NCBI GenBank assembly: GCA_965212055.1
Contig: OZ243041.1
Location: 800,001-864,000 of the forward strand
Source of the DNA: Fidelibacterota bacterium
Lineage (GTDB): Bacteria; Fidelibacterota; Marinisomatia; Marinisomatales; Marinisomataceae
DNA: 64,000 nucleotides
Reading direction: 5' to 3'
How positions within the stretch are numbered: position 1 is the first letter of the stretch; every line of letters starts with the position of its first letter. Below are positions 22,766-32,537 of this stretch, in pieces. The notes under the pieces were generated by a model. It did no database searches. It was not told where the DNA came from and was given only the letters and a program-made list of their open reading frames with translations. The position numbers were made by a program, and so were the translations under genes.

Positions 22766-23121
22766 CCAGTTAAATCAGAATCGATTTCGCTATCAATCAT
22801 CTCACATCGACCAGAAAATTGTGCTCCATCTTGAATATTTAAAACTTTATATCTTAAATCTCCCACTAACTCACAATTACTTAACAATTCCGCAGTACCA
22901 TTAATATAAATGTCACCTTCAACATAACCATTCATCTGAATCGCAGTTGCTTTAACATCGCCAAAAATTTTTCCATTTTTTGCAAGCTGTACTGAACCAT
23001 ATGTAGATACTGATCCTCTTATTTCCCCATAGATTGTAATATTGCCAGATAAATTCATATCACCATCAATTTGAACATCTTCAGCAACTATTGTTTGGCT
23101 ATTGGTAGATTTATTACTCAT
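22762..23121 (-). CDS. Bactofilin (polymer-forming cytoskeletal protein)
   Basis: TIVAEDVQIDGDM...IYGEIRG...GAQFSGRCEM beta-helix pattern; start moved to ATG 23121. Confidence 0.92.
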   Translation of the reverse strand: MSNKSTNSQTIVAEDVQIDGDMNLSGNITIYGEIRGSVSTYGSVQLAKNGKIFGDVKATAIQMNGYVEGDIYINGTAELLSNCELVGDLRYKVLNIQDGAQFSGRCEMIDSEIDSDLTG

Positions 23122-23860
23122 TATTTTCTGTTTCCAATTTATCAGATTTTTTTGAATAATCTGGGAAAAAAGATAATGGATTAATTGGTTTTCCATCTTT
23201 CCAGATTTCAAAATGTAGATGAGGCCCTGATGACATTCCAGTATTTCCTAATTGAGCAATCACTGTATTTTTTTCAATACGTTCATTTCTTTTAACAAAA
23301 TTTTCTTCGTTGTGATAATAATGCGAATAATATCCATTTTCATGATCAATAATAATAGAATAACCATAATTTACTGAGAAGTCGCTATAGATTACTACTC
23401 CATTTGCAGTAGATAAGATTGGACTATTTTCTTCATTTACAATATCAATCCCAAAATGATTGCTCTCTAAATCAAATTCTTTACTTATGATTCCATTATT
23501 TGGCTTTATACTAGGAAGATTGCTCGTAACCATAAATCTAATATTAGAATTATCTAGCTTATCTTCTGACTCTAAACCAATAATATTTTCAATATAAGAT
23601 TGCATTAATCCAATATCATTTAAACTGTCTGAAAGATTATCAATTGTTTCTTTTTGTGTACTGATTTTTCGATTAATTGCATTGATTTGAAGATATTCTC
23701 TAACGATAGGAACAGAAAGAACCAATAATGATAACGAGATAATGAAACACAATCCCAGAATAATAGAACTAGTAATAAGTGTTGATCTTGTAAATTCTAT
23801 TTGCCATGTCTTTTTATTTAAAACAGACATAAAAAGTAGCTTGTAGTCTTTATGTTTCAT
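23114..23860 (-). CDS. M23 family metallopeptidase with N-terminal TM and coiled coil
   Basis: HFGIDI, YYH, GNTGMSSGPHLHFEIW. Confidence 0.93.
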   Translation of the reverse strand: MKHKDYKLLFMSVLNKKTWQIEFTRSTLITSSIILGLCFIISLSLLVLSVPIVREYLQINAINRKISTQKETIDNLSDSLNDIGLMQSYIENIIGLESEDKLDNSNIRFMVTSNLPSIKPNNGIISKEFDLESNHFGIDIVNEENSPILSTANGVVIYSDFSVNYGYSIIIDHENGYYSHYYHNEENFVKRNERIEKNTVIAQLGNTGMSSGPHLHFEIWKDGKPINPLSFFPDYSKKSDKLETENNE

Positions 23861-24679
23861 TTATTTAATACCTAAAGCTTCTAAAACTCTATCCCAAGTT
23901 TTTGAATCAAAATGAATCTTCACAAAACCTTTACCAGTTTTTTTGCTTTTCTTAATTGTAACTTTTACACCTATAATACGAGCAATTTTGTTCTCAATAC
24001 TTTCTAATTGTTTCTGCCATTTTCTATTCTTTGAAACGGCTGCCTCTACTTTTCGAACAGACATTTTATCTCTTAATATTTTTTTCCATAGTGAAATCAT
24101 ACCTTGAGTAGTTTTTTTCTGTAATATTATTCTAGCTTGACCTTCACTAATCTTTCCTGCAAGAATACTTTCTTGAATTTGAATCGGCAATTTTAACAAT
24201 CTTAATATGTTGGATACTGCTGGTCTAGATTTTCCAATTGTTTTTGCAATTTCAGTAATAGAACTATCCATATTTTCTTTTAAATATTTATATGCTTTTG
24301 CTTGTTCAATTGGATTCAAATCTTCTCTTTGAATATTTTCGATTAATGCCATATACATTAAATCTTTGTTTGAATCACTTTCAAGAATATATGCTGGAAT
24401 TCTTTTTCTTTGTAGAAGTTGATGCGCTCTAAATCTTCTTTCTCCAGCAATAATAATATATTTATTCTTTGACTGCTTGACTGTAATAGGACTAATGAGT
24501 CCTTTCTCTTCAATTGATTGAGATAATTGTTTCAGTGATTTTTCTCCAAAAATTCTTCTTGGCTGGTTTGGATTAGGAACAATTCTACTCATTAAAATAT
24601 CTGTTTGTTTAACATCTATTACAGATTTTGGAGCAATTAATGCATTAATTCCTTGTCCTATTTTTTTATTTTTTGCCAT
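23861..24679 (-). CDS. parB: Chromosome partitioning protein ParB
   Basis: PNPNQPR, IAGERRFRA, ENIQREDLNPIE, HTH GKSRPAVSNILRLL. Confidence 0.97.
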   Translation of the reverse strand: MAKNKKIGQGINALIAPKSVIDVKQTDILMSRIVPNPNQPRRIFGEKSLKQLSQSIEEKGLISPITVKQSKNKYIIIAGERRFRAHQLLQRKRIPAYILESDSNKDLMYMALIENIQREDLNPIEQAKAYKYLKENMDSSITEIAKTIGKSRPAVSNILRLLKLPIQIQESILAGKISEGQARIILQKKTTQGMISLWKKILRDKMSVRKVEAAVSKNRKWQKQLESIENKIARIIGVKVTIKKSKKTGKGFVKIHFDSKTWDRVLEALGIK

Positions 24680-25430
24680 TTAAAATCTCTATTGCTAAAT
24701 CCATATAATTTTTTGCTCCAGCACAATCTACATCATATACAATAGCAGGTTTGCCATCATCAGGCGCTTCAGCTAATCTAATATTTCTATTAATTGTGGT
24801 CTTAAACAATTTATTTTTAAAATTTGATTTTAACAAATTTTCAACCTTTCTTGCGAGCTTAAGTCTCTTACTGTGCATAGTAATTAAAATACCTAAAATT
24901 TTTAAATTTTTATTAAAATTTTCTTTCACTAATCGAATGGTTTCACTCAAGCTTTTTAAACCTTCCAATGCCAAAAATTCACTCTGAATTGGAATCAAAA
25001 CACTGTCTGAAACAACCAAAGCATTAAGCGTTAACAAGCCTAATGATGGAGGACAATCGATTAAGATAAAATCATAATCTTTTTTTACTTTATTAATTAA
25101 TCTTAGTAATTGTTTTTCTCGATTTGGTATAGAAACCAATTCAATTTCACACCCAACTAAATTTTGATCTGATCTTATAAAATCAAGAAAATCTAAATCT
25201 GTTTTTGATATAACTTGTTTTATAGTTTTATTCTGACTCAAAGCATCATAGATAGAAAAATTATTCTCTAGACCAGAATTTGATAAACCTGTAGTCGCAT
25301 TAGCTTGTGGATCAAAATCAACTAACAAAGTCTTTTTCTCTAGGATAGCAAAACTAGCAGCTAAATTGATAGCGGTCGTTGTTTTACCAACTCCTCCTTT
25401 TTGGTTAATGATAGAGATAATTTTATTCAT
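24666..25430 (-). CDS. parA: Chromosome partitioning ATPase ParA/Soj
   Basis: NQKGGVGKTTT, DFDPQANAT, IDCPPSLG. Confidence 0.97.
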   Translation of the reverse strand: MNKIISIINQKGGVGKTTTAINLAASFAILEKKTLLVDFDPQANATTGLSNSGLENNFSIYDALSQNKTIKQVISKTDLDFLDFIRSDQNLVGCEIELVSIPNREKQLLRLINKVKKDYDFILIDCPPSLGLLTLNALVVSDSVLIPIQSEFLALEGLKSLSETIRLVKENFNKNLKILGILITMHSKRLKLARKVENLLKSNFKNKLFKTTINRNIRLAEAPDDGKPAIVYDVDCAGAKNYMDLAIEILNGKK

Positions 25431-25451
25431 TGAAATAAAAAAATTTAATTG

Positions 25452-25468
25452 GTATTAGCTCCTAATAC
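25452..25468. promoter_or_regulatory. Inverted repeat GTATTAG-N3-CTAATAC in the divergent parA / threonine dehydrogenase intergenic region (candidate operator)
   Basis: Perfect 7-bp dyad seen directly; function inferred. Confidence 0.35.
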
Positions 25469-25509
25469 AAAGTTTTTAACAAATGAGTTGAATTGATTAA
25501 TTTATAGCA

Positions 25510-26505
25510 ATGATGGAAACAATACTTATTACCGGATCTAATGGTGAGATTGGCAGTCAATTACTTTCATTTGTTAAAAAAAATAACACTAGAATTATTG
25601 CATTCGATATTAATGAACCCATTACAAACTATAAAAATGTATTATATATCAAGGATACTATAAGCAATGAAAAAATTATTAAAAAACTATTTAACGATTT
25701 TGCAATTACTCAGGTATACCATTTTGCTGCACTACTAAGTCAATCTGCAATCAAAAATCCACAGTTGGCAAAACAAGTTAATGAAGAAGGGTCTAGATTA
25801 ATTATTGATTCTGCATTTGATTCAGGAATTAAGAATGGAAATTTTGTGCGTTTCTTTTTCCCAAGTTCTATTGCAGTATATGGTCCAAGAAAATTAATCA
25901 AAGCAAAAGAAACCGATATTATCCAACCTACAACAATATATGGAAAAAATAAGTTGGTTATAGAACAATATGGAGCTGAAAAACATGAACAAAGTTATAA
26001 ATCAAATTCTGGAATCGATTTCCGATCTATAAGATTCCCAGGAATTATCAGTCCATATACAATTCCAAATGGAGGAACAACTGATTTTGCCCCACAAATG
26101 TTGCATGCTGCCGCTGCCTTCTTATTAAAGAATAATAAAGAAAATTATGAGTGTAGAATAGATAAGAATACAAAATTACCATTTATTGGGATACATAAAG
26201 CAGTTGAATCAATTATTCAGCTAATGTCTGCCGATGATATTCAATCAAAATTAAGAACATTCAATATTGAAGAAGTCAGTTTAACACCAAATGATATTAT
26301 TGGAATGTTACAAAAAGAATTTCCAAAATTTAATATAAACTACAATATAGAAGAAAAACTTCAATCTGTTGCAGATACTTGGCCTGATAGTTTAAATTGT
26401 GAAAAGGCAGAAAAAGAATGGAGTTTTTCAAATAAACATGATAAAAAGTCTTTTTTCATGGAGTATTTGATTCCAACAATAAAAGAATATTATGGAAGAC
26501 ATTAA
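25510..26505 (+). CDS. L-threonine 3-dehydrogenase, SDR/epimerase type
   Basis: ITGSNGEIG, PSSIAVYG, YGKNK, RFPGII...GGTTDFA, ADTWP; overlaps kbl. Confidence 0.85.
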   Translation: MMETILITGSNGEIGSQLLSFVKKNNTRIIAFDINEPITNYKNVLYIKDTISNEKIIKKLFNDFAITQVYHFAALLSQSAIKNPQLAKQVNEEGSRLIIDSAFDSGIKNGNFVRFFFPSSIAVYGPRKLIKAKETDIIQPTTIYGKNKLVIEQYGAEKHEQSYKSNSGIDFRSIRFPGIISPYTIPNGGTTDFAPQMLHAAAAFLLKNNKENYECRIDKNTKLPFIGIHKAVESIIQLMSADDIQSKLRTFNIEEVSLTPNDIIGMLQKEFPKFNINYNIEEKLQSVADTWPDSLNCEKAEKEWSFSNKHDKKSFFMEYLIPTIKEYYGRH

Positions 26506-27670
26506 AAAAATTCTTAATGAACAGATAGATAGCATTAAAGAAGCTGGTACATTTAAAGATGAACGAGTAATCCAAACCCCACAAGAAACAGAAATTAATG
26601 TCCTAGGAAAATCTGTAATTAATTTCTGTGCCAATAACTATTTAGGATTGTCAAATAACAGCACAATAAAAAAAGCTGCAATCAAGGCAATTGAAGAATG
26701 GGGATTTGGACTAAGTTCAGTAAGATTTATTTGTGGAACTCAAACGATACATAAAGATCTAGAAAAAATAGTAAGTGAATTCCATTCTATGGAAGATACT
26801 ATTCTTTATTCTTCATGTTTTGATGCTAATGGTGGTCTTTTTGAAACAATTTTATCAAAGGATGATGCTGTATTTTCTGACGAATTAAATCATGCATCTA
26901 TTATTGATGGAATACGATTATGTAAAGCTGAAAAAAATCGATATAGACATTGCGATATGAATCACTTGGAAGAATTACTTAAAACATCTAATGGTAGATT
27001 AAAATTAATTGCAACAGATGGTGTTTTCAGTATGGATGGAGTTGTTGCTCCATTAAAAGATATAGTTTTACTTGCAAAACAATACAATGCATTGGTTATG
27101 GTCGATGATTGTCATGCTACTGGCTTCCTTGGAAAACAAGGTCGTGGGAGCGGAGATTACCATAATGTTTTAAATGAAATAGATATTATTACATCAACAT
27201 TTGGGAAAGCATTAGGAGGAGCATCGGGAGGATTTATATCTTCTTCAAAAGAAATAATTGAAATATTAAGACAAAAATCTAGGCCTTATTTGTTCTCTAA
27301 TAGCTTAGCACCTCCTTTAGTAGCAGCATGTATCAAAGTTTTTCAAATTATTTCTGAAAATCATGAATACAAAAATCGATTAGAAAAAAATACGATGCAC
27401 TTTAGAAAAGAAATCAAAAATATTGGGTTTGAGATTAAAGGAGATAATCATCCTATTGTACCAATAATGATTTATGATGCTAAAAAGGCTCTAATTATGT
27501 CAGAAAAACTTTTAAAAAGAAATATTTATGTAATTGCATTTTCATTCCCCGTTGTTCCAGAAAATGAAGCACGTATTCGAGTACAAATTTCAGCATCTCA
27601 TAGCGAGGAACAGATCAATAAAGCACTTCATGCTTTTAAAGATGTAGGAAAAGAATTAAAGATAATTTAA
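26492..27670 (+). CDS. kbl: 2-amino-3-ketobutyrate CoA ligase (glycine C-acetyltransferase)
   Basis: NFCANNYLGL, SVRFICGTQ, SCFDANGG, TFGKALGG, ARIRVQISA. Confidence 0.97.
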   Translation: MEDIKKILNEQIDSIKEAGTFKDERVIQTPQETEINVLGKSVINFCANNYLGLSNNSTIKKAAIKAIEEWGFGLSSVRFICGTQTIHKDLEKIVSEFHSMEDTILYSSCFDANGGLFETILSKDDAVFSDELNHASIIDGIRLCKAEKNRYRHCDMNHLEELLKTSNGRLKLIATDGVFSMDGVVAPLKDIVLLAKQYNALVMVDDCHATGFLGKQGRGSGDYHNVLNEIDIITSTFGKALGGASGGFISSSKEIIEILRQKSRPYLFSNSLAPPLVAACIKVFQIISENHEYKNRLEKNTMHFRKEIKNIGFEIKGDNHPIVPIMIYDAKKALIMSEKLLKRNIYVIAFSFPVVPENEARIRVQISASHSEEQINKALHAFKDVGKELKII

Positions 27671-27727
27671 AAAAATAGTGCAAAAATATTGGAAAGTGGT
27701 AAATTCTGCAACTTAATGTGATAAACA

Positions 27728-29539
27728 ATGAATAGTAAATTAAGAACAAGATTATTATTGATATTATTTATCTTTGGACTGGGAATTTATTCTCTGTGGC
27801 CAACGATTAAATATCAACTTCTTAGTGATACAGAAAAAAATAATTTATCAAAAGAAGAAGTTGAATATTTACAATCAAACAGTATTAAACAAGGACTAGA
27901 TCTCAAAGGTGGAATTTATATTGTTTTGGAGGTTGATTTACCTCAACTTGTTAACAACCTTGCTAATAATAAAGATAAAAAGTTTGATATATTTATCAAT
28001 GATTTAAAGGATGGATATACTAACAATAGTGTTGATTTTTTCGAACTTTTTGACAGCAAGGCTACAAACCAAGATTTAAAACTTCCTCGATATTTTATTA
28101 CTTATGGAAAAACTAAAAACCAAATTATTGAACAACTAAAATTTCAAGCCGATGATTCTATTAACAGAATAATTGAAATTATTCAAAATCGCGTAGATCA
28201 ATTCGGGGTTTCAGAACCAACTATTCAAAAACAAGGAAATGATAGAGTAATTATCGAACTGGCGGGGATTCAAGATTCTGAACGTGCAAGAGGACTATTA
28301 CAAAGCACTGCACTATTAGAATTAATGATTGTAAAAGACGTAGAAAGTACTAATACTATTATTAGACAAATTGATAATCTGTCTTATTCTGACAATCAAA
28401 TTGGAATCAAGTCTCAAAATGAAGATGCAACTAATGGTGGAGATTTATTTAGTTCTGATAATGAAGTAAATGACTTACAATTTTCATCTTTACTCATTGG
28501 AATAGGTAGTGATCTTGCAATAGATAAAGAGAATTTAGAACAGTTCAATAGTATTTTATCTCAAGAAAATATTAAACAACTCCTAGAAGCAACAGGAAGT
28601 AATTTTCTTTTTAGTAATTCTTCAAGAATATTTCTTAATGATTTTGGTGAAGAAGAAGAAGTGTATATTGTGTATCATCTAGTCAATAATGCTGAATTGA
28701 CTGGTGGGGTTATTGAAGATGCTCAGGTAAGACTAAGTCAATCAGGAGCCACTGCGGGACAACCTATTGTTCAAATGGAAATGAATAGTGCAGGTTCTCG
28801 TGAATGGGCAAGAATTACTGGAGCAAACATTAAAAAAAGAATTGCTATAGTATTGGATAAAAAAGTGCACATGGCACCCGTCATTAATAGTCAAATCTTT
28901 GGGGGTTCTACAGTCATTGAAGGTTTAGATTCTGTTGAAGAAGCTGAAGATGTCGCTATTGTCTTGCGTGCAGGTGCTTTACCAGTCCCTGTCACAATTA
29001 TCGATCAAAAAATTGTTGGTCCTTCTCTTGGTGCTGATTCAGTACAACAAGGAACTACATCTATCTTGATTGGATTAGTTCTTGTGGTATTATTTATTAT
29101 ATTTTATTACAGAATGTCTGGCTTTATTGCGAGCTTTTCACTTATATGGACTCTCATTCTTCTCTTGGGTATACTAGCATTATTACAAGCAACTCTAACA
29201 TTACCAGGTATTGCTGGATTGATTTTGACCGTTGGAATGTCTATAGATGCTAACGTCATTATCTTTGAGAGAATCAGAGAAGAATTAAGAAAAGGAAAAA
29301 CTGTTCGATCTGCAATTGATTCCGGATATCAAAGAGCAATAACAACAATTGTTGATGCAAATTTAACGACTGGAATTGCGGCAGGTGTATTATACCAATA
29401 TGGGACAGGACCAATCAAAGGATTTGCAACAGTATTATTCTGGGGAATTGTTGTAAGCATGTTTACTGCAATCATAGTAACAAGATTTCTGTTTGATTTT
29501 ACAACCTCTAGAAGAAATGTGGAGAAACTAAGCATTTAA
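27728..29539 (+). CDS. secD: Protein translocase subunit SecD
   Basis: GLDLKGG, RVDQFGVSEP, LRAGALP, VGPSLG, DANVIIFERIREE. Confidence 0.97.
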   Translation: MNSKLRTRLLLILFIFGLGIYSLWPTIKYQLLSDTEKNNLSKEEVEYLQSNSIKQGLDLKGGIYIVLEVDLPQLVNNLANNKDKKFDIFINDLKDGYTNNSVDFFELFDSKATNQDLKLPRYFITYGKTKNQIIEQLKFQADDSINRIIEIIQNRVDQFGVSEPTIQKQGNDRVIIELAGIQDSERARGLLQSTALLELMIVKDVESTNTIIRQIDNLSYSDNQIGIKSQNEDATNGGDLFSSDNEVNDLQFSSLLIGIGSDLAIDKENLEQFNSILSQENIKQLLEATGSNFLFSNSSRIFLNDFGEEEEVYIVYHLVNNAELTGGVIEDAQVRLSQSGATAGQPIVQMEMNSAGSREWARITGANIKKRIAIVLDKKVHMAPVINSQIFGGSTVIEGLDSVEEAEDVAIVLRAGALPVPVTIIDQKIVGPSLGADSVQQGTTSILIGLVLVVLFIIFYYRMSGFIASFSLIWTLILLLGILALLQATLTLPGIAGLILTVGMSIDANVIIFERIREELRKGKTVRSAIDSGYQRAITTIVDANLTTGIAAGVLYQYGTGPIKGFATVLFWGIVVSMFTAIIVTRFLFDFTTSRRNVEKLSI

Positions 29540-29540
29540 T

Positions 29541-30461
29541 ATGGAAATACTGAAAAATACTAAGATCAATTTTATGGCAGCAAGAAATGTTGGATTTATT
29601 GTATCCTCTGTTTGTTTTGTTTTGTCTCTATTTATGCTATTGTCAGGATTAAATCTTGGAATTGACTTCAGAGGAGGAACAATGATTGGACTCAATTTCT
29701 CTGAAGACGTTGAAATCCAGGAAGTAAGAACAGCAATGCAGTCTATCTCCATTGAAGGACAAGAATTTGATCTGAGTGCGGAAGAAATAAAACATTTTGG
29801 GAATAGTACTAACGTAATGATCAAATTTAAAGTAAGAGATGATGCTCCAGAAAACTTTGAACAAGAAATTGTAAATCATCTTTATCAAAAGATGAATGAA
29901 AAAGTACCTGAAGATAAGAATAACTTTATTTTATCAATTGACACCGTGAGCCCAAAAGTTGGATCAGAATTAAGTGGAAAAGCATTATGGTCTATTATTT
30001 CTGCTTTGGGACTTATTCTTTTTTATATCTCCATTAGATTTGAATTCAAATTTGCTATAGGAGCCATTCTGGCATTAGTTCATGACATTATAATTACATT
30101 AGGTATTTTTTCTCTTACTGGATATGAAATTACGCTAGGTACTGTTGCAGCATTCTTAACCATTGTTGGATATTCACTTAACGATACAATTGTAATTCTT
30201 GATCGTATTAGAGAAAATATGAAATCTTCAGGAACAGTATTATTTGAAGCGACAATCAACAAAAGTATTAATCAATCACTGAGTAGAACATTAATTACAT
30301 CATTGACCACTTTATTGGTAATTGTCGTATTAATCTATGCTGGTGGAGAAATTATTCGTCCTTTTGCTTTCACTATGCTTGTAGGTGTAATTATTGGAAC
30401 TTATTCAAGTATTTATATAGCTAGTGGACTACTCGTTTCACTCTATAAATCATCTAATTAA
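29541..30461 (+). CDS. secF: Protein translocase subunit SecF
   Basis: GIDFRGG, LVHD, GYSLNDTIVILDRIREN, GTYSSIYIA. Confidence 0.97.
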   Translation: MEILKNTKINFMAARNVGFIVSSVCFVLSLFMLLSGLNLGIDFRGGTMIGLNFSEDVEIQEVRTAMQSISIEGQEFDLSAEEIKHFGNSTNVMIKFKVRDDAPENFEQEIVNHLYQKMNEKVPEDKNNFILSIDTVSPKVGSELSGKALWSIISALGLILFYISIRFEFKFAIGAILALVHDIIITLGIFSLTGYEITLGTVAAFLTIVGYSLNDTIVILDRIRENMKSSGTVLFEATINKSINQSLSRTLITSLTTLLVIVVLIYAGGEIIRPFAFTMLVGVIIGTYSSIYIASGLLVSLYKSSN

Positions 30462-31336
30462 TGAATAACAAAACTTTTTTACCTTTTGTAGCATTATGCC
30501 TCATCTGGGGATCAACATGGTATTTTATTACAGTTAGTGTTGTTGATTATCATGTGCCACCAATCTATGCAGTAGGAATACGATTTCTTCCATCAGGTTT
30601 ATTATTCTTATTAATAATTTTATTAAGAGGAGAATCTATTCCTATAAATAAAGAATCAATAAAATTGTATCTTTATTTTTCCCTATTAAATTTTAGTCTA
30701 TCCTATGGAATTACCTATAATGAAATATCTAAGGGATTAGAATCAAGTATATCAGCTGTTATATGGGGTTTATTCCCTATAATAACTAGTATAATGGCAC
30801 ATTTTATGATATATCATGATCCAGATGAAAGATTAACAAAAAATAAATTAATAGCTTTAGTAACTGGATTCATAGGATTGTTCATTATTTCATTTAGTGG
30901 AGAGATGGATAAATCATTAGGAATTGGATTTTTAGTATTTGCTATATTTGCAGCAGCATATCCAAGCGTTCTTTACAAAAAAAATCAAAAAGTAGTTAAT
31001 CACTATCAGATGAATGCTGTGTGTCAAATTATTACAGGAGTGGTGATGCTATCTTTATCTTATTTTGTAGGAGAAGAAACTCACACTATAAACTGGAATC
31101 AGGAATTAATCATTGCAACCTTATATCTAATTATTATGGGGGGAGTAATATCATGGGGTATTTATTTTTGGTTATATCAACACCTTACTGTAACTCAAGT
31201 AACATATGTTGCAATCTTTCCCCCAATTGTAGCAATTATCGTTGGATATGTATTTCTAAACGACCAATTTCAACCACACGAAATAATAGGAACAATTCTT
31301 ATTTTAGGTGGTTCAGTACTTATATATAGGAAATAG
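30461..31336 (+). CDS. EamA/DMT family transporter
   Basis: IWGSTW, about 10 TM helices, two-repeat organisation. Confidence 0.88.
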   Translation: MNNKTFLPFVALCLIWGSTWYFITVSVVDYHVPPIYAVGIRFLPSGLLFLLIILLRGESIPINKESIKLYLYFSLLNFSLSYGITYNEISKGLESSISAVIWGLFPIITSIMAHFMIYHDPDERLTKNKLIALVTGFIGLFIISFSGEMDKSLGIGFLVFAIFAAAYPSVLYKKNQKVVNHYQMNAVCQIITGVVMLSLSYFVGEETHTINWNQELIIATLYLIIMGGVISWGIYFWLYQHLTVTQVTYVAIFPPIVAIIVGYVFLNDQFQPHEIIGTILILGGSVLIYRK

Positions 31337-31365
31337 TGGAGTATAATTTTTAAATTAACACTATA

Positions 31366-32004
31366 ATGATGGAAAAAATAAAAAGATCACTACTCGCTGG
31401 TATTATTACAATGATACCAATTGCTTTAACTGTATATGTATTACAAGCAATATTGATTCTCATATTTACAATCGGAGGGAAAATAGCAGAACCTTTAAAT
31501 AAGATTGAATCTCTAAAGAATTTTGCTGAGGGTAGTTTTATTGGTTTTGATTTGTTGACTTCTTTCATTGGATTATTTGTCGTATCAATCATATTAATTA
31601 TTGTTGGTTTCTTCGCACGCAATGTATTAGGAAAACGTGTTGTAAATTGGGTTGAAGGAATTTTTACTAGAATTCCATTAATTGGCATGATTTATAGCAC
31701 AACGAAACAAATTATCCAATCAATCTCCGGAACAAAAAATAATTCATTTCAAAAAGTAGTATTTATTGAATATCCAAGAAAAGGTGTTTGGACATTAGGA
31801 TTTGTTACAAAAGAAACTCACAATGATAATGACGAAAGATTTTATAATTTATTTGTACCAACAACACCTAATCCTACATCTGGTTTTTTCTTAATCATTC
31901 CTATTGAGGATGTTAAAGAAACTGATATTAGCATTGAAGAAGGATTTCAGATGATTGTCTCTAGTGGGATGGTTTCTGGAGATAAAACTCCAATTTCAAA
32001 ATAA
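31366..32004 (+). CDS. DUF502 family membrane protein
   Basis: RIPLIGMIYSTTKQ, EYPRKG, FVPTTPNPTSGF. Confidence 0.93.
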   Translation: MMEKIKRSLLAGIITMIPIALTVYVLQAILILIFTIGGKIAEPLNKIESLKNFAEGSFIGFDLLTSFIGLFVVSIILIIVGFFARNVLGKRVVNWVEGIFTRIPLIGMIYSTTKQIIQSISGTKNNSFQKVVFIEYPRKGVWTLGFVTKETHNDNDERFYNLFVPTTPNPTSGFFLIIPIEDVKETDISIEEGFQMIVSSGMVSGDKTPISK

Positions 32005-32009
32005 TCATA

Positions 32010-32041
32010 AAAAAAAAGGGCAAAAAATTGCCCTTTTTTTT
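32010..32041. terminator. Bidirectional intrinsic terminator between convergent genes
   Basis: A8-GGGCAA-aaaa-TTGCCC-T8, a perfect 14-bp inverted repeat. Confidence 0.9.
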
Positions 32042-32067
32042 CATTTCTTAAGATATAGATGTGTTAA

Positions 32068-32295
32068 TTAACCTCTACCTCTAGCCATAGGCGCACGAGA
32101 TACATCACCATCTTTATCGATGAAATACAAATAGCCACTTTCACGTGTTACACCTGCGTCAGCAACTTTTTCAGCATTTCCACCACCGGAACCTCCGCGT
32201 GACATTTGTGAACGCCATACATTACCATCTTTACCTAGATAATAAAGGTATCCACTTGCTTTACTAACACCAGTTGTCTTTACTTTTTCAGCCAT
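32068..32295 (-). CDS. Small basic two-repeat hypothetical protein (75 aa)
   Basis: Two 33-aa repeats (19/33 identical) joined by GSGGGN; SD AAGGAG upstream; terminator downstream. Confidence 0.9.
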   Translation of the reverse strand: MAEKVKTTGVSKASGYLYYLGKDGNVWRSQMSRGGSGGGNAEKVADAGVTRESGYLYFIDKDGDVSRAPMARGRG

Positions 32296-32367
32296 TTTTT
32301 TCTCCTTAATATTGAATTAAAAACGCAATTTCTCGACTGCATCTCACAATTCTACAGCTAAACTCGA

Positions 32368-32376
32368 ATTATAGCA
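32368..32376 (-). promoter_or_regulatory. Extended -10 promoter (TGcTATAAT) for the 75-aa gene
   Basis: Perfect TGnTATAAT on the minus strand about 70 nt upstream of the ATG. Confidence 0.6.
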
Positions 32377-32462
32377 AGAATTTTCTCGTCGGGGGCTCGT
32401 CGCTAAATCACGTGAAAATCCTGCCAATATCCCTTCTAATTGATTAAATTCCTTGCTGTTAT

Positions 32463-32536
32463 GCCCCGGTAGCTCAGCTGGATAGAGCAACGGATTTCTA
32501 ATCCGTAGGTCACAGGTTCGAATCCTGTCCGGGGTA
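32463..32536 (+). tRNA. tRNA-Arg (anticodon TCT), CCA not encoded
   Basis: GCCCCGGTAGCTCAGCTGGATAGAGCAACGGATTTCTAATCCGTAGGTCACAGGTTCGAATCCTGTCCGGGGTA. Confidence 0.97.
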
Positions 32537-32537
32537 C

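Noticed and set aside
31350..31688. 112-aa antisense ORF, and the many other 60-105 aa alternative-frame ORFs in the track
   Set aside because: Fully overlap well-supported genes and have no motifs; shadow ORFs
32068..32295. Naming the 75-aa protein as archaeal CC1/Cren7
   Set aside because: I cannot verify sequence similarity without a search; left as unknown family
32404..32419. parS-like TAAATCACGTGAAAAT (and ACTTTCACGTGTTACA near 32137-32152)
   Set aside because: Only 11-12 of 16 matches to TGTTTCACGTGAAACA with poor symmetry; the second lies in coding sequence
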